From contig NIVC01001224.1 of assembly GCA_002269645.1 (NCBI GenBank), forward strand, positions 16,932 to 80,931: a stretch of 64,000 nt of DNA, in the 5' to 3' direction. Below the pieces are notes generated by a model. The model saw only the letters and a list, made by a program, of their open reading frames with translations, was not told the DNA's origin and did no database searches. The translations under genes were made by a program, and so were the position numbers. Source of the DNA: Macrostomum lignano (lineage: Eukaryota). Of this stretch, positions 12,144 through 26,074 are shown piece after piece (the stretch's first letter is position 1; each line of letters opens with the position of its first letter).

Positions 12144-14307
12144 TGAATGTAATCCACGGCCTGTGCGACTCGAATATAATGAGTTATCTCCGCTTTCCAT
12201 GTCTGGCGCGGCTGTCTATGGTGCCAACCCTCTTCGGATTCCAAGGGTGCCCAGTAGAATTGTTATATCGCTGAGACTGAGGCTTACGATGGTCTCAAGG
12301 CGAGCTCGAGTCATATAGTCGAGTCATAAAATCCAGATTTAGATTACCTTTGGTTGAAGCTAATTGATCAAACTGTTATTTGCTATTATCTTAATTATTT
12401 GCTATTTTTGTACGAGCTATTAAATACATGTATGCCTTCTGAAGACACTTTTGCTTTACGTTACTTAATTTACGAAATGGTGCATCATATATGCAAACAA
12501 GCCCATTATCTATATAATGGTCCTGACAGCAAGCCCATTTTCTAGATAATGGTCCAGTGATACCTGAGTGTGGTCATAGACAAGCCTATTCCCGAAAAAT
12601 AAGTGGACCATTATGTACGAGCTTTTAATTTTGGCGTAAGTGGAGTTTACAGTAGTTTAATTGGTTAGTCTACGGTTTTTTGGTCGGTAGATTTAATCAG
12701 CACCGAATTTAAACCTATAGAATTTTTTCTCTATCTCGCTAAAATAGTCTATAGCCTAATCCGAGTCAACACATATCTCCAAGAAACAAAGCTCCACCTT
12801 GTTAGTGTAGCGAAAAAGCCCTTTGGTGAAAAGCCTCGTTCTTCTGCTAAAGTAATATTACATGTAATTCATGTAATTTAATTCAATTTCAAATTCATGT
12901 AATTCTACTTCACCAGATCTGGGAGCAGCCAAAGTTCTAAGCACTGTTGGGAGCTGTTATAGCTGGTATTTGAGGATTGAAGAAGCAAATGAAATCAGTC
13001 TCAATCCCCAGGCAATAATTTTCCAGTCTTTCTGGATATTCTATCTTATAATATTCTGTAAAGAAGCTTGCTAAAATATGATAAATATCTATGCTACTGT
13101 ATCTCTCCGAGTAATGTCTTTAATTAAAAAGTTTATTTTATCACAGCGAAAACTTAAAATGATGTGAAGGAATGGATTCAAAAAACTAAAAGACACCGAT
13201 TTTTCTTAGAACTGCGCTTTAAAGTTTCGTTGTCCTATCCTATCGCTTATCGCTATCGGTTGATTGACGTTTGTTTATTATTACTGGTAAGCCTAATCCT
13301 GATAACATTAACCTGCTTCACACAAGCTTAGGCCTATAGAGATCGCTCACTGAAGTTTAGGCTTACGAGTATTATCCTTTTAGAAACATGACTAAATTGG
13401 TATGACTGGTTAGAATGTAAATGTAACAATCGATAGGTCCATTTTTATTTAAAGCTTGCACTCACTCACTAGTAGGATTTTAATAATCAAGAATTAGGCC
13501 TAACGCCTAACATGCAAAGAACACATGCAAACACTGTCATGCAAACACCCACCTCAGTTGCGACTTGCCCAAGAACAAAACCGAGATAAGATTGATTTGT
13601 TGATTGATTGATTGATTGAAAAGTAAATTGATGTTAAATTAATAATAGAATATTTGTTACTGTATATTATACTGTATAAGTGGTCAGCAAAAAAATCTTA
13701 ATAATAGACAGTAGACCATTTAATGCTAGGGCCTAATACTATTAGTTAATACACTTATGGCAGACAATGGATGACATATATGACTTATTAATGCATTGCA
13801 TATAGGACCTTTAAGTTTAAGTGGCAATGATACTATGACTAAAAGGCCAAGTTTTGTTTTAAAAATTATATAATTTCCTTTATAATGTTATATTATTGCT
13901 ACAGTTTAAAAAATTGGCTACCTTCTAATAGCTAAGCTAGGCCCCACTGTTACTTTAGGCCTTATCTTTATGTTTTATTAAATCTACAAAGATTCATTGC
14001 TATCATAATCATGCCTAACTTCAAAGTTTCACCTAGTCTTAGCTGTGTGACTTACTTTTTGACCAAAAATGCAACTTAATTACCTATCAAAGAACCCTAA
14101 AGCAAAGATTAACATAAATTTAAGTAAATTGAAAGATTAATAATAATTTCATTGCAAAGGCTAAATCAAATGTTTTGTTATTTAAGTAGTACTATGCATG
14201 TATTTTTTTGTCAGTAACTTGCAACTTACCTTGGCTAGAACTCTTGCCACCTAGTCAAATTGGTTAGGTTAGCTGGTTGTTAAGCATAGGGCCTATATGA
14301 TTGCTAT

Positions 14308-17300
14308 CCCTATGAAAAATTGGCCCGAATTTTCGCCCGAAAACATATGAAATTGGGCCCGGAACTTTAAATTTGCGGGTGAAAACTAAAAAGCGGTCGA
14401 TTCACCCGGAAAGCACGCCGACAAAACGGTTGAAACTAAATCGGGCGAAAAAGCGGGACTCTCGCCCGGAAAGCGGGGAAAGCAGAAACGGCCCAGACGT
14501 GCGGGTCTCTAGCCCGTTTTTTTCTAAAAGCGTGTCCTGAGGGACTTTGACGTGACGATGCAGATTAAAAATGGGTTTAAATCAATATAGCTAAACGAGT
14601 AGGAAGCTAGGTGCCCAGGTTCCAAGATTCAACCGTACATGTATGTTTATTATTTTAAAAAGTACTATTATAGGAGTTTATATATCGATCACAAATGGTG
14701 GGAAATAATGTGTCGAAATCATTACTTCCATGCCCTTTTGGGGAATCTTTTTGCATGCTAATCTTTAATTTTTTACACGAGCTGCGTCTGGGGACTGCGT
14801 TTAAAATTTTGACGCGGCTGAGATGCGGCTGGCGACATGGAAGTGAAATCATTTACAATCGCTTACTATAAATACCTGTTTCTGAATAAGCTATTCACTG
14901 GCTAAAATCTATTTTTATTAAGTATTTGCTGTGCTTTTCACTCTTTCATTGCGCTGACCAATGTGAAAAAAAGCTAGGAAACTATTTTGTTTGTTTTTGT
15001 TACTCGAAAAATATTTAAATTTCAGACGCCACGTTTTCAGAACTTCGATATTTTATGTGCTAGCTAGTGAAGCGTGTTTTGTTACTTTTGTATTAATTTA
15101 TCATAATCTAACAGACAAAGTTTATTTAACTTCAAAAATAGTCAATGTGAATTATTTCACTAAATGAGTCAATAGCAAGGACTGACCCCTGCCCCTGCCC
15201 TGGTTCAGGAATTGGCAGTCACATAGTTAATTATAATTTAATTAAGTCCAGTAATTAGCCTATTTATTTATTTCTTAAAGTTAGTAAAAATAGAAAATAA
15301 TTTAGAAAACTTATCCTGATTAATATTTCACCTATAATGAAGATAGTATTGTATATGAGCACAGAGAGCTTGCTGAATGGTAAAAAGTTTTAGAACATAA
15401 GTAACAAATCAATTTAAAAAACCATTTATAAAGTCCAAATATAGCTCGTAAAACTCTGAGTAGCATTAATATAATTTTTGCTTTTTCAAGTTTGTATAGT
15501 CTATATAGTACTTTTTAGAAAGCTATGTATTCACATTATTTTTTAATCTGTATGCTTTTTGTATTTTATTTAATATAATTTTGATAACTTATTATATTCT
15601 AAGGGAACCTAAAGCCTAGAACTGAGCATTTTTCAAGGAAGCTAATAACTTGAAAAAGTTTTGCAATTTAACATATTCCCAGAGATAAAGGCCCTTTATA
15701 TCTTATAAATAAGCCTTCTTTTTGCTCTTATATGAATGTTTTAGATCTAATAATCTGAATATGTTTTGTAGAATAAACATTTACCATCAGATTTAACATT
15801 CCAAGCACTGTACTTATACCATTATAATTAAAGAAAAATTATTAATAATCAATTTTGTTGCCTTTTAATTTAGGTTTAGATTTTATTGCTCAATAAACAG
15901 AATTTTAGCATCATCATACCATGCTCCTAAGTCATTTATGCTATGTATACATGCCCCTCAGCCAAGTTTTCCTCTGGCCATTAATGTCTGATGACATTGG
16001 ACTGCTAAGCATCGTCGCCGGGATTATGCCGTGCACTACAGGACTGGTGTTAGGCGACATACTCCAGCCCAAACAGTCTATTTTAAAGTCATGTAAAATC
16101 ACAAAATCCGAGCTGCAGTGTGCCTACTCCCGATGCCGAGAGGGCCAACTACCGAGAAAGACCAGCGTCGCTAGAAAGGCGACGAAGACCAAACCAGGTG
16201 ATGTTTTCATTTTTTTGTATTGTAGTGTTGTTTAAAACGTTATTTACGCTTTTCTGCAACTGCGCCCCCTTCTACTCCAGGTGCGCTGCTTCGATTAGCT
16301 GGTGCTGCAGCATCTCAGCTGCCAGAATCTGCTGTTACGCCACCCAGCACCAGGCTCACAACCAGTGACACTGCTAACATGTTCAATCAAGCGCAGTATC
16401 GCATCCTGTCGCTCGCTGAGTTATAAATCTATACCTAAACTTTGAACTTATGAATTTCTATCGCATTTGCTTTTGTTCTACACTGATTTGTTTTTTTCAT
16501 TGCTTCGTAATGTGGCTGCGACTGGGAGGGAGGGATCTCGAAGTCACCTTAATTTGCACCAGACCCCATTACTGATCTCGGTTCTTCCTATCCTTCCGAA
16601 TGTTGCTATTTCCCCCTCACATCGTTTCTCTCCTTTCTCCGTGGTCGCGCTAATACTTTCCCTATCTTAGCTATTTCACATGTGCATTCTGTGTGCACCC
16701 CTCTCCTTGCACTCTGTGCCTTAGATCTACCTCTTTTCAGTTGCAAACGTACTAGTATATTTGGTTATTTCTTAGCTGCAAATGCCCTATAAATAGTTAG
16801 TTATTTCTCCTTTTTATGGTTTTCTTCAGAATTTCTCTACGTCAAGCCCCTTCATGTTATCTTCTTTACAACTTTGTTTGTTTCTGTTTCGATTCTTTTC
16901 TTAACCCTCCTTTGCTTTTACTACTTTAATGCTTTAATGCTTTTGTTTACTGAACGTATTGAATGCATACATTAAATATTTAAATAAACTATCGCTCACA
17001 CTTTTTCTTATTATGTGGCCAAGCTTAAACATTTCTATCTAGATCTAGATTTCTTATTGAATCCCTCCAGAATTGCCTTATTTTTCTTCTCGATACATGT
17101 AGCTCTCTTGGAGGGGGTCATTTAGCTCGTACATGCAAAATCTTCCTATTCAACTAGATACAAGTTTTATTACAGTATGAAAAGTGGCAGTCACCGTAAT
17201 TAAGTTTATGCCCTCTAAAAACTTACTATAATATCGTGCACTATCACTAAGACCAAAAGCAGGAAATATGACCAGCTCTTCGGGCCGGATTTGCAAGCAA

Positions 17301-17522
17301 AATATCGGTTAACTGGCCCGGATTTTTCGGCGCAAAATAATTCTGGGTGAATCGCCCGTAAATATTCGGGTATAAATGCGGTTGCATGCACGGGTGCATC
17401 GCCCGAAAAACGAACTTTTCGTAACGATTCCGGGCCAGTAGCCCGGCAATTTTTACACCCGCAAAGTGCTGACGATTTCGGGTGAAGAGTAGGGTGAAAA
17501 TTCGGGCCAATTTTTCATAGGG
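14308..17522. mobile_element. CMC (CACTA/EnSpm-like) DNA transposon, apparently non-autonomous, 3215 bp
   Basis: Perfect 27-bp TIRs CCCTATGAAAAATTGGCCCGAATTTTC at 14308 and, inverted, ending at 17522. Flanked by AT/AT (alternatively a TA TSD with T-starting ends). The CCCTA terminus fits the CMCWR consensus; GC-rich subterminal repeats (gcccgaaaa, cccggaaag) occur at both ends. No transposase ORF seen. Confidence 0.75.
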
Positions 17523-18521
17523 ATAGAAAATGTTTTAGATATATAAATAAATTAGCTGGGCTATCTTGTAGCATTTTGCATAAATCTTTCTTGTTTAAAA
17601 TTTTATTTAAAGAATCTAAAAAGCTTACTAGAGAACTATTAAAGCATTCAAACAGAAGAACAGAATTCACCATCTTAGTATATTATAGCATTATAAATAT
17701 GTTATAATTTAGCCTATTTTTGTTCCCAGGTTAGTTGATAAGGTACCTACTATCTAATAGGCTAAAATCTTGCTTAGATAAAGCTAAACCATAGCTAGCC
17801 TAGTTGGGAAAGTGGTTTAGCACATGTTGAAAAAATTTAAAAGGATAATGTAAATAGTCTCACATTAGTATTTAGTCTATTACATTAAAATAACTATGTA
17901 GTATGATATAAACCTTGACTATAATTGATAATTAGTATAAAACAGTCTAGTGCATAGCATAGATTCAATTTTATAGAGCCTAAAGAATTGTTCTAATGCA
18001 TATTTTAATTTTTAACTTTAAAAAATGCTAGCTGGTATCCTAAATTTGGACTCAGGGTACCAAATTGCTCTATTATTTTGATTTTTGGAAACAATATTTT
18101 GAATTTTATGTATCACAACTTGGGAAAATAGGCTAAATATACCATCAAGCATTTTTTATATAGTACTGACTATATAAAAGTTGTATTAGCAAAAAGTTAT
18201 ATAACCACTTATGGCAAGATTATGTCTATCATATTTCTTTGTATATCTTTATAAAAACATTTAAAAATTACTAGAGTAATACGAGCGTACATTATGTTTT
18301 TGTTAGTCAAAGTTGTCTAGATATTCATCTAAATATAGAGGATACTGTTTTAAAGTATGGTCTCATTGTTATACAAGCATATAATGCAGTGCAAAGCAAA
18401 AGCTTGATCTGTCTGTCATTTGTTGATATTTTTGGCAGAAACTCAGACAATTCAAATGGATTATTTAACTTGGACTCTATTCACTGTACCAAACTTGCAG
18501 TAGCCAGCAGCTAAGGGGCTA

Positions 18522-21500
18522 ATGGACGCATTCTCAGTTGACCTGGATGCCGCCCTGGACCAGCTTGAGGCTGAAATGGCTGGAACCAATCAACAGCCTA
18601 TGCAATCAATGCTACTAGATAGTAGTACAAGCCGCGAATTGTCTTCTGATGCATCAAAGTTTCCGACTGCTTCCAGTTCAAATTCTGCTAGCGCAGCCAA
18701 TGGAGACTGCAATGGACAGGCCCATAGTGCAACCAGTGCCACCATAGTTTACGCCCAGCAACCAACAGGTAAATTTTCTTGCGGGCTTAAGAGCTCTTTG
18801 TTTGTCAGTGTAGCGGAAAGATGACTTCCATCCTTTTTACAGTATAGCTTAAGCTTTGGAAGCCTTTGTATGCACAGTGCAATATTCTCAATCCTTTTTG
18901 CTATCTTATTTTCAGCCTTGCCAAACAGCAGTGACAATAGTGTACAGCAATGGCAACCTGAAATTAGATGGCCTCAAGCCGTGCATTCGCAGTCTAATAC
19001 ATTCGACAGTTTTTTAATGGACTCAGCACCGGTTAGTGAGCCTGTGGATTCAGCACCAGTCAGTGAGCCTGTGGACTCAGCACCGGTCAGTGAGCCTGTG
19101 GATTCAGCACCAGTCAGTGAGCCTGTGGATTCAGCACCGGTCAGTGAGCCTGTGGATTCAGCACCGGTCAGTGAGCATGTGGGTGTGGATTCAGCACCGG
19201 TCAGTGAGTCTGTGGATTCAGCACCAGTCAGTGAGCCTGTGGATTCAGCACCAGTCAGTGAGCCTGTGGATTCAGCACCAGTCAGTGAGCCTGTAGAGTC
19301 AGCACCGGTCATTGAGCATGTGGGTGTGGATTCAGCACCGGTCAGTGAGTCTGTGGATTCAGCACCAGTCAGTGAGCCTGTGGATTCAGCACCGGTCAGT
19401 GAGCCTGTGGATTCAGCACCGGTCAGTGAGCCTGTGGATTCAGCACCGGTCAGTGAGCATGTGGATTCAGCACCAGTCAGTGAGCCTGTGGATTCAGCAC
19501 CGGTCAGTGAGCCTGTGGATTCAGCACCGGTCAGTGAGCATGTGGGTGTGGATTCAGCACCGATCAGTGAGCCTGTGGATTCAGCACCGGTCAGTGAGCA
19601 TGTAGGTGTGGATTCAGCACCGGTCAGTGAGCATGTGGATTCAGCACCGGTCATTGAGCGTGTGGATGTGGACTCAGCACCGGTCAGTGAGCATGTGGAT
19701 TCAGCACCGGTCATTGAGCGTGTGGATGTGGACTCAGCACCGGTCAGTGAGTCTGTGGGCTTAGCACCGGTCAGTGCCCTAACCAGTGACATAGCTCCAG
19801 TGGATTCAGCACCGGTCAGTGCTCCTGCCTATTCAGCACCGGTCAGTTCTCCTGCCTATTCAGCACCGGTCAATGCTCCTGCCTATTCAGCACCGGTCAG
19901 TGCTCCTGCCTATTCAGCACCGGTCAGTGCTCCTGCCTATTCAGCACCGGTCAGTGCTCCTGCCTATTCAGCACCGGTCAGTGCTCCTGCCTATTCAGCA
20001 CCGGTCAGTGCTCCTGCCTATTCAGCACCGGTCAGTGCTCCTGCCTATTCAGCACCGGACAGTGCTCCTGCCTATTCAGCACCGGTCAGTCTTGCGAATT
20101 CAACAGCCGTCAATGCCTTAGTGAGTGCTCCAATGGATTCGTCACTGCTCAGTGATCCTGTGTCTACATCAGTGCCAAATGCTTCAGCCGGCGCACCTGC
20201 CGAGGAAGAATCAGCATTAAACAATAATTTGGCAGCCCCAACGAATACCAGCAAGGCAATTAATAACCCGGCGAACTCTGCAGCTGTTGCCAGTCCTTCC
20301 ACCAGTGCTTCTAACAGTATAGCTGAAGCATCGTCGAATCCAACTTCGCTAGTGTCTTCTATTCGATTTGCCGACCTGGCCAAGGGCCTGCCAGAGCTCA
20401 CCGAGGCCGATCTTGAGCTGATACTTGAGCAGGAGCCTGCGCAACCTACTCAGCAATCAGCAGTTCTGCAGTCTCAATGGTCTAGATCTAACTACCAAGA
20501 CTACGCGGAACAAGACGAGCAGACTAGCAGCTTCAATCCAATGTACGGTCTAGTTGGCGGCGCCGGTTGCTTAGCAACTGAGGCCGCCGTTTCGTCGTCT
20601 CAAATTGCCGATTCGAACCCCGGCATTGTTGGCGGCGGAGGCGGTTTGAACCCGATGTACAGTCTGCAGGAGGAGCGGCAGCAGCCGGCCAGTCTGGGCG
20701 CCACTGGCGGCGGTGTGACGTCGCCTCCCAGTCCGCCGCCGCCGCCGCAGCAGCTGACGGACGCCGCGGAGTCGGACGCGGAGGCCGAGCTGCAGACTGA
20801 CTTGCCGTCTCAAAATGACGTTGCGGAGGACGTCGCGGAATCCGAGACTCCGCCGCAGCAGCAGCCGCTTGGCTGGGTAAAGCCGGCTTGGATTCCCGAC
20901 AGCGAAGCGCCAGTTTGCATGCAGTGCGAAGCTCGCTTCACCGTGCTGCGCCGGCGGCACCACTGCCGCGCCTGCGGCCGCGTGTTCTGCGCTAACTGCG
21001 CTGCCTACACTGCCAGGCTGGCCTTCTTAGACAACGACAAGGCGCGAGTGTGCGCCGTCTGCTACCAGGAGCTGATCAGGCTGGAGTCCAATCCGGAGGC
21101 TCGGTCCGTCAGTCAGCAGCCGCCAGTCAGTGTGCTGAAGTCGACGAGGTCGCAGGGTGAGACCAAAATACTTTGGCCTGTTTTTAATATGGACGAAAGT
21201 TTTTCTATCAGATGCTTGATTTTTAGATAAGGCTCAGTTGCTTCCAAGGAAACGCCTTGATTTCCTAAACAAGGCTTGGCTGTCTCCTAGAAAATGATTA
21301 ATTGGAAGGCTTGTCTGTTTCCTAGAAAATGGTAAATGGAAGAGGCTTAGCAGTTTCCTAGAAAATGGTTATTGGAAGAGGCTTGGCTGTTTCCTAGAAA
21401 TGGTAAATGGAAGAGGCTTGGCTGTTTCCTAGAAATGGTTATCGGAAGAGGCTTGGCTGTTTCCTAGAAATAGTTAACAGAAAAGGCTTGGCTTTTTCCT

Positions 21501-24500
21501 AGAAATTGTTAACAGAAGAGGCTTGGCTGGTTCCTAGAAATGGTTATTGGAAGAGGCTTGGCTGTTTCCTAGAAATGGTTAACAGAAGAGGCTTGGCTGT
21601 TTCCTAGAAATTGTTAACAGAAGAGGCTTGGCTGTTTCCTAGAAATTGTTAACAGAAGAGGCTTGGCTGTTTCCTAGAAATGGTTAATTGAAAAGGCTTG
21701 ATTGTTTTCTAGAAAACGATTGATTGAAAACGCTTTGTTTTTCCTAGAAATCAGTTGATTGACAATGCTTAGTTGTTTCCTAGAAAATGGTTCATCGACA
21801 ATGCTTAGTTGTTTCCTAGAAAACTGCTGATTTCCCAGACAAGATCACAGATAGTTCACTCTTGTTTAGATTTTTGCAACTACTCTTTGCTTAGTAGCGT
21901 GAACGAACATGGATGCATCAAACAGCAGTGCCTTGCGTCAAAATTAATTTTTGGAGCAACTAGCAATTTTTCTTGCCATGCGCACGCTGACGCTCACCCA
22001 AAGAGTAGACACTTTTTTAAGCCATAGACTATAACACAAAAATTGCTTAACTCAATGCATAGTGAAATATCTAGTGTTTTATTATCTGTGGACAAGATTT
22101 AGTTGCTTCCTAGAAAAATATTCTTTTTCTTTGGTTTCTTTAATAAGTTTTTTTAACCTAGTTTTTTTTTTGTTAAGGCATGCTTTTTTCTATACAATCA
22201 GAGTCAAAGCATATTACTCTTCTATATATGAAGTTCTCATGTACACAATTAACCCGCAAAGCTATATAGCAGATATATAATCTGTTTGAGAATTTTAGCT
22301 GGAAGTCCAGGAAAAAGAAAGGGTCTTTCGCTGCTACGTAGTCTTAAAGTCACTAACAAATAGGTCATTTTCATATCAGAAATCGATGTATTTTTCTTTT
22401 ACTAAGTTGGGTTCCTTAGTAAGGAACGAATATGGGTTAGGATTTTCTTAGAACTACATGTAGATACAGATTTCCTAGAAATAGACTCGAACTTCCTCAC
22501 TCCGCAGTTGTTCGCAGTCGATCGGTCGTATTCAGCGACGGCATCCGTCCTGGCGGCGATCTTCTCGAAGATAACGCGGGTGACGCCGACGATTTTCAAG
22601 TCAACGACAGCACAGTCGGAGGAGTCGCCGCCGCCGCCGCGGTCTCGTCTTTTCCTGCCGAGTCGTCTTCGTCGTCATCCTCGCTTGAGCCGAGCCTGCT
22701 ACCGGCCGACTGGGAGAGATACCCGCCGCACGAGCCTCTGCCAACCGACGATAGCAACTCCGGCGCCGTCGCTCTGTCGCCTGAAGCTGCTCTGCGGAAC
22801 GGTGGATCGGTCAGTGTGTTCGTTTTTAGTGGAGGGGATCTAGAAGGGATATCACAATCCCCCTGCGGGACTGTGATCCCTTCTAGATCCCCATGTGGGA
22901 CTGTGATCCCTTCTAGATCCCCTGTGGGCCCCCTGTGCGACTGTGATCCCTTCTAGATCCCCCTGTGGGCCCCCTGTGCGACTGTGATCCCTTCCAGATT
23001 CTGTAGTACGACTGGGTAGTGGTTAGGACGATGTGGCCTGTCAGCTGGGTGTCGCCGACGGCGCGACGGACCAGGCCGGCGCAGCGATATAGCGCCGTGT
23101 TTAGACACTGGACCTCGTTGTCGATCTTGAAAGCGGCGCGCAGCCTTCGACACCCTATATCAGTGTCTAACACTTCTGTGTTGCTGTTTGAGTACTAGTG
23201 ATCCAACTATTGCCATAGTAGTCTATCCCACCATCAACAGGTAACCTACCAGGTGACGATGAACATCTCTGCTCAATGCCGCTTAGTCAGTCTGCCCTGC
23301 TGCGGCCATCCGTCAGCCTGGCTGCTGGTCACCCGCGGCCTGGACTCGGTTGGTCAAACCGATTTGCTGCTGCTGCTCAGCCGCCGGCCCCCGGCCATTG
23401 ACGGCACCGACGAATCCATTCTGCCACCGTTGCACCTGTTGCACCTGGTCTACGCCGTGTACGAACGCGCCTACGCCGGCTCCTGGGCTCGGCACCTGTC
23501 ATTTGTTGGCTGGCACGCCGGCCGGCCGTTGCTAGGCGACCGTAGCAACGCCGGCTGGTTATTCTTCCGGCCAAGCCGGCTGCACTGCCTCCAGAATTTG
23601 GGCATGGAGGCTGACTTGGTCTGTCGGCAGCTTCTCTGCGGATTGCTAGTGCTCAGGTATGCGGCTGTTATTGTGGGCCACTTGCCACACTGGCAAGTCC
23701 ATACAGATCCCCATGTTAGACTGTGATCCCATCCAGATCCCCACGTTAGTCTTTGACCCCATCCAGATCCCCACGTTAGTCTTTGACCTCATCCAGATCC
23801 CCACGTTAGTCTTTGACGCCATCCAGATCCCCACGTTAGTCTTTGACCCCATCCAGATCCCCATGTTAGACATTGATTCCACCCAGATCCCCATGTTAAA
23901 CTGTGATCCCATTCAGATCCCCATGTTAGACTGTGATCCCATCCAGATTCCCATGTTAGACTGTCATCCCATCCAGATTTCCATGTTAGACTGTCATCCC
24001 ATCCAGATTCCCATGTTAGACTTTTATCTCATCCAGATCCCCTTGTTAGACTGTGATCCATCCCATCCCAATGTTAATCGATTAGGTCTATCTACGAGTA
24101 GATCCTCAATTTCCATTCGATTTCCATCTCAATTCAACAACAAATCGCAGATGGGAAGCGCCCTGGGCCGAGCTGTTCCCCGAGCGCCTGTTGCTGCGCC
24201 TTGGCTCCGAGAGCCGCCTCTACCCATCGCCGCTGGTCTCCGTGCGCGACCGGGCGCCTGTGTTTGGCGAACTCGGCCGCTCTCTGATTGGCCTGCTGGC
24301 CGATTTCCGCAACTTCACTTACACCCTGCCTGCCCCGCCCGGCCTGCGCGTCCATCTGCGCGCCGGCTGCACCTCGGTGCTGTGCCCGACCGCCTCCTAC
24401 GCCGCCGTGCAGAAGGCGCTGGCCCAGTGCCAGCCGGACGCCAAGGTGCTGGCATTCGGCGCCGAGTTCAGTCCCTCTGCCGACGCCCATCTGGTGTGCC

Positions 24501-25934
24501 ATCAGAATATGGAAACTGGTGCGGGTGCCGCGGTTTTGTGAACTTTACTTTGGGTATTAGGGTATTCTTGGGAATTTACATTGCGAATCTCATCTATTTA
24601 TGGAATGTCTCATGTAGATTTAAAGATCCAAGACATATTTAGATATTATAGATCCCAAGTAGATCATTGAGATCCCATGTAGATCATAGAGATCCCGTGT
24701 AGATCATAGAGATCCCGTGTAGATTATTGAGATCCCGTGTAGATTATTGAGATCCCGTGTATATCATTGAGATACCATATAGATCATTGAGATCCCACGT
24801 AGATCATTGACATCTCGTTTAGATCATTGAGATACCATATAGATCATTGAGATCTTGTGTGGATCATTGAGATCCCATGTAGATCATTGAGATCCCATGT
24901 AGATCATTGAGATACCATATAGATCATTGAGATTCTGTGTGGATCATTGAGATCCCATGTAGATCATTGAGATCCCATGTAGATCATTGAGATACCATAT
25001 ATATCATTGAGATTCTGTGTGGATCATTGAGATCCCGTGTCGATCATTGAGATCCCGTGTCGATCATTGAGATCCCATGTATATCATCTACAGATATCGG
25101 CTATCCTGTTTATTTACCCGTAGATGTTCAGAATCCGTAGTATGCCCCACACGCCCGTCCCGAATCCCAGGCGACTACTCAACCGAGGCTGTCAGCGCGG
25201 AGAGCCGCCAGCTGGCCACCACGGCCGGCCTGTTTGTTGTGTTCAACGCTGGTGGCTTCGCAGCCAGCAGGGCCAGCATTGTCGAAGACGGCGTCATGGT
25301 GCAGCTGACGGACGCCCAGCTGACCCAGCTGATGGACTCGCTGAAGGCCATGCGCAACTGGTCGGCCGTCTGCCAGCAGCCGCAGGCGCAGGCCTCGCTC
25401 GGATTCTCGGCTGTACCCGACGGCAGCGAATTGATCGAATTCCGCTGGCTAGACGACGACGAGACGGACTTCGACGGCGATGACGCCGATGTCAGTCCGA
25501 TTGATGGCGCCCCGCTGACTGGCGCCGGGCGCCAGGCGATGCCCATAGCGGCCGGCCAGCAGCAGCGGCAGCGGCAGTCCTGCAGGCGGATCCGGTGGAC
25601 CCTGGCCAGCCTGCTGCGCGACGCCGACCAGACCGATGGCACCCCGGCCGACAGTCTGCGCATTGCGGGACACCTGGCCGGTGCCGTCTGTCAAGCTCTA
25701 GATGGGTGCGCCCCGGAGCTCCTGGCCTACGGTCAGCGGATTCTGGCCGTCCGAGCTCGCCTTGGCCCGGACAGCCTGCACTACGAGGCGGCAGCCAGCG
25801 GCGGTGCCACCCTGCTGGCCGAAGGAGCCGCCGAACGGCTCGACCAGGCGCTTGTGCCGGCGCTCAGCGAGCTGGGCCGCGGCCTGCGATCCGAGCTGGC
25901 GCTGGAGCTGCGCTTTGTCTGCCTGTACGCGTGA
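18522..25934 (+). CDS. ZFYVE9: SARA/endofin homolog (ZFYVE9/ZFYVE16 family): FYVE finger plus C-terminal SARA domain
   Basis: Exons 18522-18768, 18916-21156, 22508-22809, 23241-23656, 24151-24518 and 25171-25934 are all phase-consistent. Motifs: N-terminal DLDAALDQLE; FYVE WIPD...CMQC...RRRHHCRACGRVFC...RVCAVC; VVFSDGIRPGGD; RWEAPWAELFPERLLLRLG; LLADFRNFTYTLP; SIVEDGVMVQ; SPIDG; RWT; LELRFVCL*. Confidence 0.9.
19020..20090 (+). repeat. Coding minisatellite (27/33-bp units; VDSAPVSEP then APAYSAPVS) in SARA exon 2
   Basis: Core tcagcaccggtcagt; unit lengths are multiples of 3 and the frame stays open into the FYVE domain. Confidence 0.85.
21270..21830. repeat. ~35-bp degenerate intronic tandem repeat
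   Basis: Unit gaagaggcttggctgtttcctagaaatggttaaca. Confidence 0.9.
22842..22998. repeat. ~30-bp intronic repeat, ~5 copies
   Basis: ctgtgatcccttctagatcccc(a/c)tgtggg units. Confidence 0.8.
23700..24062. repeat. 30-bp intronic tandem repeat, ~12 copies
   Basis: Unit atccagatccccacgttagtctttgacccc. Confidence 0.92.
24645..25085. repeat. 20-bp intronic tandem repeat, ~22 copies
   Basis: Unit agatcattgagatcccatgt. Confidence 0.92.
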
Positions 25935-26074
25935 TGGACTATCGTTGGATGTCTTTGTTAATGGCTGCTAGCCATCTCGAACCCGAAATTTCTTATCCCA
26001 GATTGTCATTCTGATCCTTGCTATCAACCTGATCATAGATTGTAATTATCATCTCATATTCCTACCCAGTCCTT

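Noticed and set aside
14655-16670. Transposase ORF inside the CMC-like element
   Set aside because: The short ORFs there show no DDE or TnpD motifs that I can recognise.
19030-20106. Reading the SARA exon 2 repeat as an intron (donor ccg|gttagt, acceptor tcaacag)
   Set aside because: The candidate donors are phase 0 and the candidate acceptors phase 1, so splicing would break the frame to the FYVE domain.
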